Part shown: in pieces, positions 1 through 15,300 of the stretch
How positions within the stretch are numbered: position 1 is the first letter of the stretch
Layout of the letters: each line of letters starts with the position of its first letter
NCBI GenBank assembly: GCA_051362555.1
Contig: CM120642.1
Coordinates: forward strand, 10,292,001-10,356,000
DNA from: Lingula anatina
Lineage: Eukaryota > Animalia > Brachiopoda
DNA: 64,000 nt
Reading direction: 5' to 3'
Translations under genes and position numbers: made by a program
The notes under the pieces: model-generated
The model's input: only the letters and a program-made list of their open reading frames with translations
Told to the model about the DNA's origin: nothing
Databases searched by the model: none

Positions 1-52
1 GATTGATACTGTTACTGTACAAGATGCTGACTATTTGAATTTATTTTACAAG

Positions 53-461
53 GCGAAACAGAGGGGCTCCCGAATCGCAATCTCGTCCAGCTCCCAACAT
101 GGCCACACACCCGTCATCTGAAAAACTAAAAATGAATAGCAGAGACAACAGCACCCGGAGCAGCAACGCTTACTCCCCGCCACCATTCACGCGGCAGAAA
201 ACATCCGACACGCTTTATGAAGAGATTCCCTATGACAATCCAGGATTTGAAGGGGAGGGCGCCAAAGCACCGGCACCGCCCCCCAGACCCATCTCCACAA
301 TGGCACCTACACCTGGGGTGTATGCTGGGGAGTACATAGATATGACAACAGGGGCGAAGCAGCCCTCTGAAAATGCATACATGGGTTTAGTTGGACCCCA
401 TTCAACTGCTGAATATTCTGGAGGTACAGGAAGTGAATACTATCTTACTCCAAATCCGTAG
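53..461 (+). CDS. Terminal coding exon of an upstream gene; low-complexity cytoplasmic tail with Tyr/Pro signalling motifs (receptor or adaptor, family unknown)
   Basis: Acceptor ttttacaag|g at 52/53; open frame to TAG at 459-461; motifs YEEI, YDNP, PPPPRP, YIDM, YMGL, YLTP; AATAAA candidates downstream (e.g. ~1781). Confidence 0.65.
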
Positions 462-1037
462 AAATCATTTGTATCGAAGAGAGGAGAAAAATTGGACCAA
501 AAGGACAGAAACATTTAGTGATTTTGTTAAAAGCGGAACTGGACCGATTGTGATGTAGTCAGAAATGCATTTTGCATTTTTTTTCGGGAGGGGGGGGGGG
601 TGAATGGAAATTTTGCAATTAAGCCCAGGAAACTTTTTGTTAATGTTCCCATGCTCGTAAGTCCCCACTCTGTGGATTGAGCATTTCCTCTAAGAAAAAA
701 AAAAACCGAGCGGTCCTGAAATTTAGATGCTAAGCCCTATTAATATTAAACGTTATAAAAAATTCCCTGAACACAGAGTCGCCGCTCGTTACCCAACCTA
801 TCAATTTTGTCTGGTCAAGGGGTACACTTAGGGGGCATGCGCGTTTAGTGCAATTACCTTACACAAGAGTTGTTTTCACAAATAAATATGCACTATAGGG
901 CTAGTGCATTCTTTTTGTTTCCGATTTGTTCGTGGTTGATATCTATCAGTGCTTCTGAGCAAGTAATAATAAAAGCAACACGTTTTTGTGATTTGAAATA
1001 AAGAGAGATATCTGAAAAAAGCTTCGTAAAAGAAAAT

Positions 1038-1069
<32 letters not shown>

Positions 1070-1310
1070 TTCAATAATGTTTATCTATGGAATTGAGGAG
1101 AGGCATAAACAGAAAATGAAGGTCAAATATTAACTGTAAGCAACTGGTTAGGGATCATATTTTGTGACCAAATTTAAGGTTGCACACTAGGCCACGACAT
1201 CATTTTATTTAAAATGATAGACTGTAATAATGGTTTGCATGAATGCACACTGCCAGGACATGTTCTTGTACAGAAGAGCCTACACCAGTACCTCTACATT
1301 GCAGATGTAC

Positions 1311-1385
1311 TGTGCAGCATATAGTCATTTGTGTGCAGCATATAGTCAGCACTGTCATTTGTGTGCAGCATATAGTCATTTGTGT
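1311..1385. repeat. Short tandem triplication (gtgcagcatatagtca...)
   Basis: Three near-identical copies of tgtgcagcatatagtca visible in the putative 3' UTR. Confidence 0.8.
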
Positions 1386-3391
1386 TATTGTCCAAATAAC
1401 ACTAGTCTTTTAATAATTTCATTCATTTATTTACTATTCAGTAAAGGTTGACTCATAAAAATGACTTGTGAATACCAATGTTTACAACACCGATTTACTT
1501 TTTAAAATATCATATAACATATTTATTTCTTTTATTACATCATTGCATATTTATATTTCACAATTATTAACTGTACTGTAATATTTTGCCAGTATCCCCT
1601 TCAGCATTCCAGAGTATTCTAAATGTATGAAACTTCCTGCTTAGCGATCCGATTTACGGACCAGCTTACTAGTCTAATGGGTTTTTTTAAAATTCATAAA
1701 AGACATTCTCTGACAGGTTACATAGTGGAAGAACTCTGTCTATATAATGACACATAAATATGCTATTGTGAGGAATCACAAATAAAAGTTCTTTGTACAG
1801 TCAACTCTCTTCTTCCTGTTTCATTTAGTCTTAAGCCAAGGTGTGAACTGTGAAACCTCTTTCATATCTGCTCCATTTATAAGTAACTACATGACAAACA
1901 CAACAATACAGCATTATATCTGCAACACTAACCAACAATACAAAAATATTCATGTACTTACAATGAACCATTGGATATTATATAGATGACAAATATATCA
2001 AAATGCACCAATGGTTAAAAAGCTGCACAACCATAAAATGGCAATGTCACTATACAGACCAATGAGTCCCCCAGTGTTACATTAACCATATAGTTATATT
2101 CTCATTTACATGTTTATTTACAAAATTAATTATATCGAGTATCAAAATCCGTACAAAAATGTAGAATTTGTATATATCATAAAATAAATTAAAGAATTGT
2201 ACAATTGGCAGGTTCTGCAATGCTAAAAGGCACTTAACTGTCATTTGGGTTTGATTAGATATTCTTTCAATGCTTTATCAATTCTTTAATATGTACATTT
2301 TTGCTATGATGCATATTCCTTTATGTATATCATTTAACTTTGGGGTGATGAGACTTGAAAAACAAATAATCTAAAATAAAAACAAAAATACACCAATAAT
2401 GGGAATTAAACAAACATACACAGTGAAATAACCAGAAAATTATTTTTCACCATGTGAAGCACTGTTGTGGCATAAGACATCCCTTCATAATCTCACCTCC
2501 ATGAACTGAGTCAGGTTTTACTGATAACAGCTCAGTTTGATTAAAATCTAACATGAGATCTAAGTTGGCTGCCATTGTTGTTGCTGAGCTTAAAGACATA
2601 TACATCTTAATGTTCACATAAAGAAAGAAATGTCATTATACTTAATGCCATACATTAAAAAAGTCTAATACTTTGCAATATCAATTAATGCTGCTTTCAA
2701 AACTTCACCTAACTGCGCATTTCTTTTACACCTCTCACAAGGATAACAATAAACTATTTAATGTGAAAATACATGTATATATGATATATATTATTATAAA
2801 TTAGTGAATAAAATATATAACAATTACTCATGTTTCTTGGTTATTATTTTCCAAGTCAAGTCCAAGTTTTAGACAATTTCACGATGAAATTTTCAATTTT
2901 TTTCAAAATTGAAATCAGATAAAATTTTCCAAAATTAACTCAAGTGCAGCACCTACTATGTCATGTATATGCAATGTCTTATAGCATTAAGAAAATATAA
3001 TGATCAAAAAATCTCTGCTCAACTTCCTGGTCAATGAAGGAAACTCAAAGAGAGCTAATCTGACCTCAAAGGTGAGTGAGTGAATGGAATCCTGCTCAGA
3101 CTCTGACTCAATATTGGAAGCTCATAAAAAGTATGTTTAAGTCTCAAAACTCCATTAATGTCTGCAAGTAAATCTTATGCTTGGAAAACTTATCCTCAGC
3201 CTCATTCCATAATGGAAACATCAGCTTTTACTCTTCTTCCACGTTATTAGACTCTTTATAAGGTAGAAAGCTGGAGAAGTGATTTTATCATGATTGCATT
3301 GTATCTTAACAGCTTATTTGTAAGGGTATGACTATAAGAATAACTGTCATCTAATATGTTCTGTTAAATAATGAAGATGTAGACTTTGTTG

Positions 3392-6300
3392 TCAAGTCTG
3401 ATTCTGAACGTCTTGCAGCTGCTGATCAAGTTGCCGCTGCCTCATTTCATTCTGACGCAGCCTTGCTTGTAAATCCACCATTCTGAAAGACAAAAATAGA
3501 TATTAATTTTAATTTATCAAATGCAAATCACTGAGCAGAATCCACTGCCAGATCTTCTAATAGGAGATACAAATCTTTTTTTTTTTTTTTCTTTTTTTGA
3601 AGAAATATGGGTTAAAAATAGAAATGGTCCATTTAACATTTTGTTCCACATTGGTAACACTAGTAAAAAAAAAGAAAAAAAGGGAGCACTGGCATAATGT
3701 CAAATAGTCAGTTTCAGCCACACTTACCCCTGCTCAGGGCTGAGATTCTGCTCCCATCTTCCACCATGTGACGTCATGGACATTTTTTGCTGGTGTAACT
3801 TGTCCAGTAAAGACACTGGTGAAGCTGCGTCCCCTGAAATATGAGAGAACACCATGGATAGGGATGCTGAAGTACAATGGTGCAGCAACTTACTCTTTCA
3901 TTGACTTCTCAGTGTCAGAAAGTGTGAAACCACTTATCATTTACCTGATGATATTAGGAACAACATTTATTGTGACACAATGACTAAACCAATTTAGATA
4001 GGTTCAATGATTAATAGAGGAACATAAGACAACTAAAAATCCTAATTGTTAAAAAATTCAATTTGAAGAAGATAACTTAACAAGTAATACTAGTACTTTC
4101 ACTACTAATTTTTTTCTACCTTGTTCTCCATGTCTGTCCTCCACAGCATCAAATGCTTTTGAAAGGTCTCTCTTGGGAGGACTTTCCCTAAGAGGACTTG
4201 TGCTAGTGGAGACCATCTTAGGTGGACTGGCTGGATCGTACATCTTGTTCACATGTTTCAGCATGCCTTGGAATGTGTCAAGATCAGTCTCAGAGTCTGA
4301 AGCTGCCGTTTGAACACCACTGATATTTGAGCGTGAAGATGGACGGGGTATCCTACTCCTCTGACCTCCTGACTTGTAACCACTGCCACCAGGATTACTA
4401 GGAAGCGCTGAGAATGTAGCCTCAAAGAAAGAGTCATCTGCACTGGTGTGATTCAAAGGAAGGCTGTCATTTGCTGATTGGTCCTTCAGACTACGCTCTG
4501 AAAAGCTGCGCTTTAGAGTGCCAGTCCTTTTTCTAGCTGACCTTGAATCAACACTTGGACCTAATGATGGAAGCATGTGAGGCAATCCAGATGCTAGGGA
4601 GGATGCCCTGTGGTGACCTTGACCTTGGTGGTAAGGGTCAAGGTCAGTTGCCCTTATACCAAAGGTTGCCCTCTCATAGCCTGAGATTCTTGCTTGTAAC
4701 CTTGCAATCTCTGCATCCTGAAAATATCAGACCACAACAGTGAAACTAGTTTAACAATTGAGTTGAAACACGGTACAGGTAAAAATTTTGAATCTAATAT
4801 TAATGCCAAAAAAACAAGCTTTGGAGGGCACAGGATTTAGTTATTATTTTCCACTTGAGAATTGACATGAATGATTCTGAAATATCATGTAGTATCAGAA
4901 CAATGTGGCTATGACCTAAGACAAATCACACTGAGCAGCAATTCAGAATGGCTGTCAAGTTAAGAGATTTACTTACTTTAATTACCACAGATTCATTGGC
5001 AGCATCTATTGCATCTTTCTTGGAGTGCAACTCCATTTTCACTCCCTCCACATCTCTCTGGGTCTCCTGTAGATGGTGCTGCAGTGCTCTTTCCTTCTCC
5101 TCAAACTCCTTCACCTTCAACCTGTATTTGGCAGCATGCTCTTCCTGTTGGGCTAAAGCTTCAGCATGCGCTTCACGCAAATGGTTCATCTAATATAGAG
5201 AAAAGTTGTACAAGGCATAAAGATTGGAATGGAGATGTCTTATTATGTGGGGCAAAAAAAAAATAACAGGATAATATTTTTACAGCAGCAAAAACAACAT
5301 GCTTTATACTTGAATGCAACAGCTGAAGAAAAATGCATTACTTTAAAGAATGTTTGTTGTTAATAACTTAATAATGTGCATTATTAGAAAACAAGCACGG
5401 AAAAAAATTCCTGGTACACATGTATCTCACCTCCTCTTGATGTTGTTCCTGTAGTAGCTCCACCTCGTGTTTCAAGCGCCTGACTTCTGCAGTAAGTTTT
5501 GTGTCAGCCTGGGCCTCCCTGGCATGGGATGCACCCAGTTCCTCAGCCAGACGAGCAATCTCTGTGTCTTTATTCTACATGTAACACAATTCATCAAAAT
5601 CAGTTTAATTACATCTTGGTTATCTTACTTGATCTCATTAATAAATGGGTTCTATTTACTATATTGTTATACTGTAACATTAAAAAATATCAGCCCCCAG
5701 CCAAGATGTATGAAAAATTTCCCTCTATTTGTGCACCCTGAATAAAACTGCATGCCAGCAATAACACAGCAAGTACTACTGTAACATAAAAATTTAATAA
5801 ACACTTAGAAAGTTCCACAGGGTACAGTAAATGTCTACCTGTGCCATGGCAATAGTTTCATCCAGTTCCCTTGCCAACCTGTCTTGTTCCCTGTGACTCT
5901 CTGCAAGGTCACTCTTTGCCTCAGCTACCTCTACATACTGGTGCTGGAGTTGTTCTCTGTGAATTATAAGACAGTGGGTGATAAACAGGGACAGTAAATA
6001 GTCAATATAAGTTATGAATCACAATATGCTATGAATAATAGGTGAATCAAAGCAGCGAATTTGATTTTTGTTGTTTTTTTTTTTTTTAATTCAACGAGGA
6101 CTTTTCAATTCAAAAACAAAGAAAAAACATCCAATTCTAATAGCTCAATATTCATCTCTCTCAATACAAATAAAAATACCTAGCAAGCCTGAGCTCTTGT
6201 GATGTCTCCTGATTTTCTTCTTTCAATTCTTCAATTCTTTGCTTCTGTTTCTCAATATGCTATAGAAAAAAGGACAAGTTTGATACTAAATTATTCCATT

Positions 6301-9276
6301 AATCTATAAATGTGCAGGGGTTTTCAATACACATATCATAACCTAACATATACTATTCATCTCATAAACTTATGATGTATGTCAAAAAGAAAGAAAGAAA
6401 ACTATAAAGCCTTGTTTTAAGATTTTGTTTGCTTTATAAAAACTGATTTTTAGCTTCTTTTTTTCCCCAATTTACAGTGTTTTTTCAAGAACCAAAATGA
6501 ATAATTATGATTAACATTAAATACCTTTTATTTTACTATTTCCATTTCTGAACATTCTTAAAATGAAATTTAAGGTAAACAAATCAATCTCACAACAATA
6601 CTACTCAATCTCTTCCAATCTCTCAAGTCCACTACCCCATATCATCAGCATAACATACCCTCTCCATTTCTTGTATCTTGGCAGCCTTGTTCTCAATGTC
6701 TGCCTTCAGTTTCCTGGCTTGCTGTTGTGCCTGCTGAAGCTGGAGATCTTTCTCATGGACATCCTGCTGTAGAGAGCTACACCTAGCATCCAGGTCTGAC
6801 AGCTGAAGGGGAGGAGATCACAGGTATGAGCTACACTGGTTTTTCTATATATCTATATTTTTTAATCAGTTCTATGGACACTTTATATGTTATCTTATTT
6901 GTTGTTTGCTATCATTTCATTTTAATTATGTCTTTTGGCTCATTAAGCAAATCAAAACAATCAATATGTACATCTTGGCTGAGAATTTTTTTAAAAAATA
7001 CTGTTTTCACAAAACCCACACTTACTTGTTTAGCTCTTTGCTGAGTTTCATATTGTGATTTCTTTAAAGCCCCCTCCAATCTAATGAGTCTCTGCTCAGT
7101 GTCTGTCTTGTGTTCTCTTATGGTCATATCCAGCTGGGTGACGTGAGCTGCTCGTTGCGCCAACTCCTGTTGCCGTTCTTGAAGCAAATTGTCCAGCTCT
7201 TCAACTGTCTTGTTGCGTTCTTGGAGATCAGTCTGACTTTTTCTGGAAATGATGAAGACTGAATGAGAGCAAAATTGGTGAAAATAATTCTCATGAGTAT
7301 GAGAGGTCTATTTTAAATCAACACAATTCATTTGTAGATAGTTAAAAATATCATCTTGAAACACAGGGATACAATTACACAATTCATAAAAATAGATTTC
7401 ATTTGAAATCTCAAAAAATGTGGATTTTTCATTACATACATTCTTCAGAGTAAAGAGCACTAAACTACATACTTCAGGGTCTCTGACATATCTCTCATAG
7501 TTTCTTCTTTGTTCCTTAGGTCTGTCTTGCTCTTCTTAAGAAGATGTTGGAGGTCAGAAAGTTGGGCCAGAGTTTGATGGAGATCTTCCTGTTATAAATA
7601 AGCAAGAAACAGGAGAACATGAAACTTGAACAATAATATATAATCATATGTGATGTTGCTGAGGCACCATCTGCTGACAAGACTTCCCCAAGCTACACAT
7701 ATTAAGCATATTAAACCTTGTATTTGCCACTTGGGGAATTAATAACATAATGTTGCTTCAACTGTAATATGAAACCATAAAATTGAATTATACTCTGATA
7801 TGATCATGAAAATAAGATAGGTCAAAAAGACTGAAAAGAAAAAAACTGATTTAATTGTCCAAACCTGAGCTTTCCTGAGTTCAGAGTCAAAGTCATGGGC
7901 CAACCGTGTCTGTGCCTTTAAATCTTCCTCTGTTTGGTGTAACTGCTCCTCCATTGAAGAAACTAGAACATTTAAATCAACATACAATGATCATATATGA
8001 CTGGAAAGGTTTTTAAAAGAAAAAAGGGATCAACATTTTAGTTATATTGACTGAAAAAATCATCTGCCTTCATATGTTTTAATGCAGTGCAGATGGGCAT
8101 CACCTGCTACGCACACTTCACACATGATTTCTAATCAAGCTCCTTATTAGGCTTCTACTGCTCCAACTGAACTTTGACCTCTCTATGCTCAACTTCTACT
8201 CAGAATATCTGAAAACATTTATCACAATTTGTACATATTTTAAAAATCAACATACCTCTCTGTGACTTCTGCTGTAATTGACCTCCGACCTCCCTAAGCT
8301 CTGCCTCCAAACTGGATATCCTTGAAGCCCTGTTGTCATTTTCCTTGCTCTCTTGGTGGAGCTGTCTCTCCAAGTCACTGACGTCATCAGTCAACTGAGA
8401 CTTCTCCTGCTGGAGCTCTCTGAAAAATATGATTTAAAAGGGTGCTATACATGATGTTAGCAGTTTTTGTTTTTTTTTTTCATTCCTAGTTTTAAAACTT
8501 TTTCCTATTTACTTAGATTAACAGCTAGGTCACTGGACACACACACATTTTTCATATTTTACCACCATGGAGATATGCTAGTTTATATAAATTCCTAACT
8601 CTGTATTCATTGCATTCAAAGTATTCAAAGTTATCTCATCTTTTGAGATGCACAGTTAAGATAGCCTCCCTGTTGACAAGCACTTTTATTACTGGTCTCT
8701 TGCTGATATTCTAGAAACTGACCTGGCAAAAATCTCGAGTATCCAAAAATCGTAGTAGCTTGGAAATTTACACGTTTGAAACCCATACCACAATTTTACC
8801 ACCACTGATCATATGAAACTAGCAATTTTTAAAGTTCTGTACCAATCACTGTATATTGGGAGTTTATAAAAAGGGACTGACTTGACCATGTCTGTGAGAT
8901 CCTTGACCTCCCTGGCTCTCTCCTCCAGGTCCAGGCATGCCTGGTGGAGCTTTCTCTCCATGCTTTGGACCTCCTGGACAGTGGATGACCGCTCTCTGTG
9001 GAGATCCTGCTCCAGTCTTGACAGCTATAATAAATATACAGGGATGATATGAGATACCTTTATATATGGATGAATGTCATATTATAATTTTCTGATTTTG
9101 CAAGAGGGTCAAATACTAAAAGGCAGATGAGTCTAAATCTTTCAATTTTCAGTTCTGAATCTAGGGGCCTTTCTGTTGACATTCACTTTGTATTCATTTG
9201 AAATTGTTTTGAAGAATTATAGTCTTTTATTGTAATTTTTCCAAAAATGTAATAACAGTGTGTGTGTGTGTGTGTG

Positions 9277-9314
<38 letters not shown>

Positions 9315-12300
9315 GTTGAGCAGGGTGAAGGGAAGAATGGGGGTGGTCAGTAGAGTACCTGCATCTCTAGCTGTGCCTGACTGTCCTCCAGCTCTCCTAT
9401 CCTACCACTACTGTCCTGTAGCATCTGTTGTCTCTCCTCCAGCGCCCGCACTACCTCTGACAGCTGGTTCTCTTTGGTTTCTACCTCCTTCTTGGCTTGC
9501 TTTAATGATTTTTCCATTTTTGTAACCTGTCAGATAAAAGTGAAAGTTATGATAATCATTAATTGCACAAAAATTGACAAGGATAAATTTGATGCCCAGA
9601 AATTCAGTGCATTTTGTAAGATATTGTACAGTAAATTTTCAAATTACCAAGATCGTCAACACCAGTCTCTCACGTTCAGGGAAATTATTAATGAGCAGCA
9701 TTACTTTCCTAATAAATATATTTACAAAAATTCAGTCATAGTCTAATGAATAAAATAAAATAAAATAAAATAAGTCAATATGTTTCATTTTGTATTTCTG
9801 AACATACCTCCTGCTCCTTCTGTTTCAGTGCCCTCTCATACTTGTCTCTTGTCTCCTCTAGCTGTGAGATACACCCTGCCAGCTCCTCTTGACATGTGAC
9901 CAGGGCAGTCTCTAGCTGCTTCACCTGATTGGTTCCCTGCTGTGTCTGTGACTCCAAGCTTCTCAACGTCTGCTCATGCTCCCTAGTTGTGCCTTGGAGT
10001 TCCTGGAAATAAAGATAAAATGGTCACATTTGAATTACTTAAACATCATTTTCAAGGAAAAATATCCTCCTGCTTTGTCTGGTTGATGATGGAGTATTTT
10101 GTGTCTGATTCATTCACTTACAAATCTTCCTCTACATAATTTTCAACAAGTAATGTAATCAGATGAAAAGAAAATAAATGCAATATCTGTCTGTTCTTGG
10201 CTACAATACAGTTCTGACACAAAATATTTAGTCCAGATAATCTTTAACTGATTATTAAAAAACAGCATTGATCATTAACTTTTTTTAATGAGCTATATGT
10301 CACAACTAATGTAGCTATACCTTTCAGAGTCAGCATAACATTTATGTCTCCTCCGTCCCAGTGTACCAGTAACTTTCATACTCCCATTCATATCAAGAAA
10401 GAAGGCATCACAACTACCACAATCCTAACCCTCACCTGTCTGGTTTCCCTCAGCAGCTGCTCCACTTGCTCCAGCCTGGTGGCCTTAGTAGTCAGATCTT
10501 GCTTGGCATGACTCAACTCCCTCTGCAGTTTCTCTATCTGAGACACTTTAACCTCATCTTTCTCCTGGAAGACTTCGATCTGCTTCTCATACTCTGCGCA
10601 CTGCTCAGAGTGAAGCTGTTTCATTTTGGTTAGCACCCCACTGGTTTGCTTGGCTTCCTTACACTGTTTGTCCAACTCTGCTTGACAGTGTTTCAGCTGG
10701 AGGGAGGTTTCTTGCAGCTGGTTTTCCACCTCTCGCAGGCGGGATATGTGGTTGGTGAACTCAGAGACTTTGCCATCCAGCTGGCCTTCTAACGCTGATA
10801 TCTGTGTGGATTTCTTCTTAACCTGTTTAATTGAAACAAAGCATGCACATTTGCATATTTTATCCAGTGCCATCTTTCCAGGACTTATTTTCACATTTAT
10901 GTATCCATATCATAGGACAGATATAATAGCTTATACACTGTAGTATCATGAGCACACTTTACCTCTCTTTCCAAGTTGGCCACCTCAGTTCTCCTGTCAC
11001 TCAGCTCCTTCTGCATGTCTGCCACCTGTGTATTGGTTTGATTCATCCTGGTTTCTATAGCACCACATTCGCTCTCCTTGTCACTCAGCCTCTCTTCCAA
11101 GACCAGAAGCTGGGCCGCCATCTTGGATCGCTCATGCTCTAGCTTACTAATGATAGCCTCCAGCTCCTGAGATTTTCTGTCACCTGCAGAAGAAAATTAC
11201 ATGTTCAATTAGAAATGTCATTGATTTGAAGTGATACAAAAGAAGGTGATGTTAGTATGCTAACACAAACTTGAACAAATGAAAAAAACACACATATTGC
11301 AATTTATTTCCTTACGTTTTCAAAAACAATACAATTTATAGAAAACAATCAAATTCAGACAGAGATTGGGCAGAAAATTCTCCAGTTTTTGCCATAAATA
11401 ATGTCATGTACATGATATGTGTAATGAACAAAATTCAGGTAAGTTTTCACTGTAACAGTTTTAAACCATGGGCATCAGTTTTAATACTGAGAAATATAAT
11501 GAAATTCAGCTTTAAAATTTTTACAAATAGATGCAAAATCTCTAAGCTAATAAAAAGATGCCTTAATTCAACATTGAGACTGCTGCACTCAAGGCAGTTC
11601 TCCCTTAATACCAGTTACCTATTTTACTTCGCTCCACTATGGTAGATAGCTCATTTCTGAGGCTGTCCATACGTGAAGGAGAGCGGTCATCCTGGTCAGC
11701 AGCTGACCGCATGGACTGAATGTTACCCTGGAGCTTCTGTATCTCTGCATCTTTCAGTGCTAACTTCATTCTGGGAGAGGAGACATTATGGATGATAAAC
11801 GCATTGTCATATAATACAAATTGATAAAGTTCATTTCACTTTAAAATGGAAAAAATCAGGATTGTTAGGTAGCTGAAGAGGAGTAAGCTCAAAAATTAGA
11901 AAGATTGATACAAAATTATAAAATTCTGCTGAACTCAAACTTGAAAATCATAGCAAGGAATATACATATCTATACATATTGATTATTACCTTGAAACTTC
12001 TACAAATGATTAAACGCCTTACCAGGCATTATTAACATCCCGCTTACCTAAGATCTGCTATGACTGCCCTAGCACTTCCTACACCAGGGGATGTTGGTCT
12101 CTCAAAGTCCAACTGATCATCAAAGCTAGCATCTACTTGGTTGTCAGGAGCTCTGCCCATGGGTGATTTGCTGCGTAGCTTGCTTGTACTGCTGACTCCA
12201 CTATCACTGGCTACACTGCCATACTACAACAAGGAATATGACATAATAACTAAAATCAATAGCTTCATATCAAGACAAAATGCCTTTCACTTTAAGATAA

Positions 12301-15300
12301 ACAGGAAAATATGTTTGAAAGGTATTTTTGTTTGTTTTTAATTTTATTATCCTCAGACTGGGTCAAGATAACTGGTATTTTTTCACCTGAGTGCATATAA
12401 AGCTAATTTAACAATACAGTCATCATTACAGTGATGAATGCACAACATTACAACCATACTACTGAAATCTGAATGATTTCCTTTCCTTTTTCATGTTAAC
12501 TCACCAATCCATTTCCTCTTGCTCGTTCCTGGAAATGACGGGCAAGTTTTTCTAACTGCGTTAACTGCTGTCTGCTCTCCTCAATCTCTTCCTGACATAA
12601 GTCTAGATGGCGCTGCTGCTGGTCCACTTTGGCCCTGAGCTCAGCATTTTCTCGTCTCACTGCTTCTGCAGCATGCACCTCTCCCTCCATCCTCCCTATA
12701 AAATATTCCATTGTTGCTGTCATGCACCATATCAAATGTAATACCCCCCATGAAAAAAAAAGGGCATCCTAAATGACTCTTTTTCTTATTTTATATTACT
12801 TATAGAGAAGATTTTTCACAACACAAGAGACAAGTATAATGGATAGAATGGTCAAACTATAAAAGACAATTGTAATTCTTGCATTTCAAATAAACTGGCC
12901 ATCTACCAGGCATGTCATACAGAAATTCTTTCCATTAGTGAATCAGCACCATGTTAGTACAGGGTAGATAAAAACGCAAGTCCAAAGCTGATACTTCAAT
13001 ATGGAAATTTACTCAAATCTAGGGCTTGATATAAAAAAATGACATGCTCGGTCTAGGTGTAAATAAAACAAAGAAAAGTACATCCCCAACATATCTCTGA
13101 TATACAGAGAGAAAACTTTCAATGAAAAGTAACAAGTTCTTCAAATAAATTACCTATCCTCTGAGTTTGCCTGGCTAGCTGTGCCCTCAGTTCAGTGTTT
13201 TGCTGTTCTGTGTCTGTCCTTGTCTCTCTGTCAACTGTCAAGTCATCCTGGAACCTCCTGGAAAATAATATCAAATACAAATACAATATTGAATACTAGT
13301 AGCATGCAATAAATCATATTTAGTAAATTTAAAATCTTAAAACACATAAAATGTATCTTATATATCTGAAATATGTTTCCTTTTTTTCTGATATCTTTAA
13401 ATTAGTTATTTAGGAAGTTAATCACATCTATTTCCATAAGGAAGACAGCTGAAAATTTAGCTATCACAACATTAAAAAAAGCATCAATCTTCATAAATAC
13501 AGCTACACATTTTACAACAATAACTTCTTAAAATCAAGAAACTTTTGAAAGTATTATGACAAATAAACAATCAGATTTTTTTTGAAAGTGAGAAGGATTC
13601 ATGTGAAAAATAACACTTTTTCATATAATAAAAGGGATAAAATCTTGAACAAAAAAAAAAAAAAAGAAGAAAATGATGGAACAACTGAGATGTTTGAGTT
13701 GTCATCAATAAACCACACTAAAATCTAAGAACATGACATAAAAATTTGAAATTTCACAATACAGTTTACCGTCATGATTTTTTCCTCTTACAGTATTTAC
13801 ACTCTTCTATGCCTGGCAGTATTTGGCAGTTTACTTACTTGATTTCTTCCTCCATGTCTGCCACTCGTTCTCTCAGTTTAGTGCACTCTGAAAGTAGTTG
13901 CTCTCTCTCCCTATCAGCATGGTGTAAATTGTCCTTAAGTCCATCTTCACTTTCTTGATACTGAAGTAATTTCCATGCAAAATCAACTTTACATTTATGC
14001 ATCTTTCACAATTTTTATTGATCCTTAGAATTCCATAAAGTGAACTTTAATCTAGTACAGTTTTAATCATCATGGTATTGATACCACTAGAACTCATCCA
14101 CTGCTCCTTCCTTATCACATGTTTTAAGTGGTTCTTACTTTTAAATATCAGTTCTTTTTGAGACTTAAAGATGTGAAATTAAATGGTAGAAGTGAAGAAT
14201 GAAATGCATAGCATTCAATTCTTTTTTAAACTTTTCCTTTACCTTTTTTATTTTGTCTTTGGTTTTCTTTTGATAATCTTCCATGCTTTCTTGAAGTTCT
14301 TCTATTGTCTTTAAAGCTTCATCCCTCTGTGCTTCAACCCTGATCAAGCAAATAAAATTGAAGATAATATTCAGTATGTTCTCAAAGTAAAACAAAGTAC
14401 ATTTCACTACCAGGTTTTGCGCTGGGTAGCACTTAAAGGTCAAAAACAGTGACTCCTTGAAAATGATGATAATGATAATAACAGCTTATTAACAAACTTG
14501 CCTTTTCCGTACTCTCTTTTCTTCTGTCGCCTCCACTGATACCTCGGTTAGTTGCTTTTGGACACTCTTCAGCTCAATTTTGGCTTCATGCAACTGCATC
14601 TCAAACTGCTCACAGCGGGACTCGGCATCCCTGAAATAAGCAACAATCCCTATGTCTCACATCTCTGACATCTTTATTAAGCAGATATTCTACCTTTTAG
14701 CAAGAGCTTTTAAAAAATATGTTTTATAATTATGTATTTCTGCAATAAGTGTTTATCTGAGAACAAAAGTATTAACATCTATTTATATTTAATGTGATCT
14801 TCCTTGAAAGACAAAAGTCTTACCTTTTTCATTATCTTTGTATCAAGTACAGAAATAAAAAGATCATAACTTGTGTTATCAGAGAAATATTTTGCATATT
14901 AAGATAACAAATATACAATTCATACCGAAGAGCTTTTTCTTGAGACTCTATCTCTCCATCCTGACATCTTAGCCTCTCCTCCAGATCTGAGATATAATCT
15001 TTGTTTTCATCTAGCTGAGACAAGTGATTTTTAACCTGATGTGAAAAGCAAAGTAATTCTGTTATTATCTTTCTGCATCAATTTTAATGAAAGGCAAAGT
15101 AGGTCTTACACTATCTTTTTATAAAATTTTCATAGTACACAATAATAATAACAATAAAAACACATATACACACAAATATACATCTTACTAATACTTATGA
15201 AGAGATTTTAAATCAATTTGTGTAAAAATTATTGCAAAATATTAGTTGGGAGGAGGAGGGGGTATGTGGTCAATTTACACGATTCAAGAAATTGTTGCAT

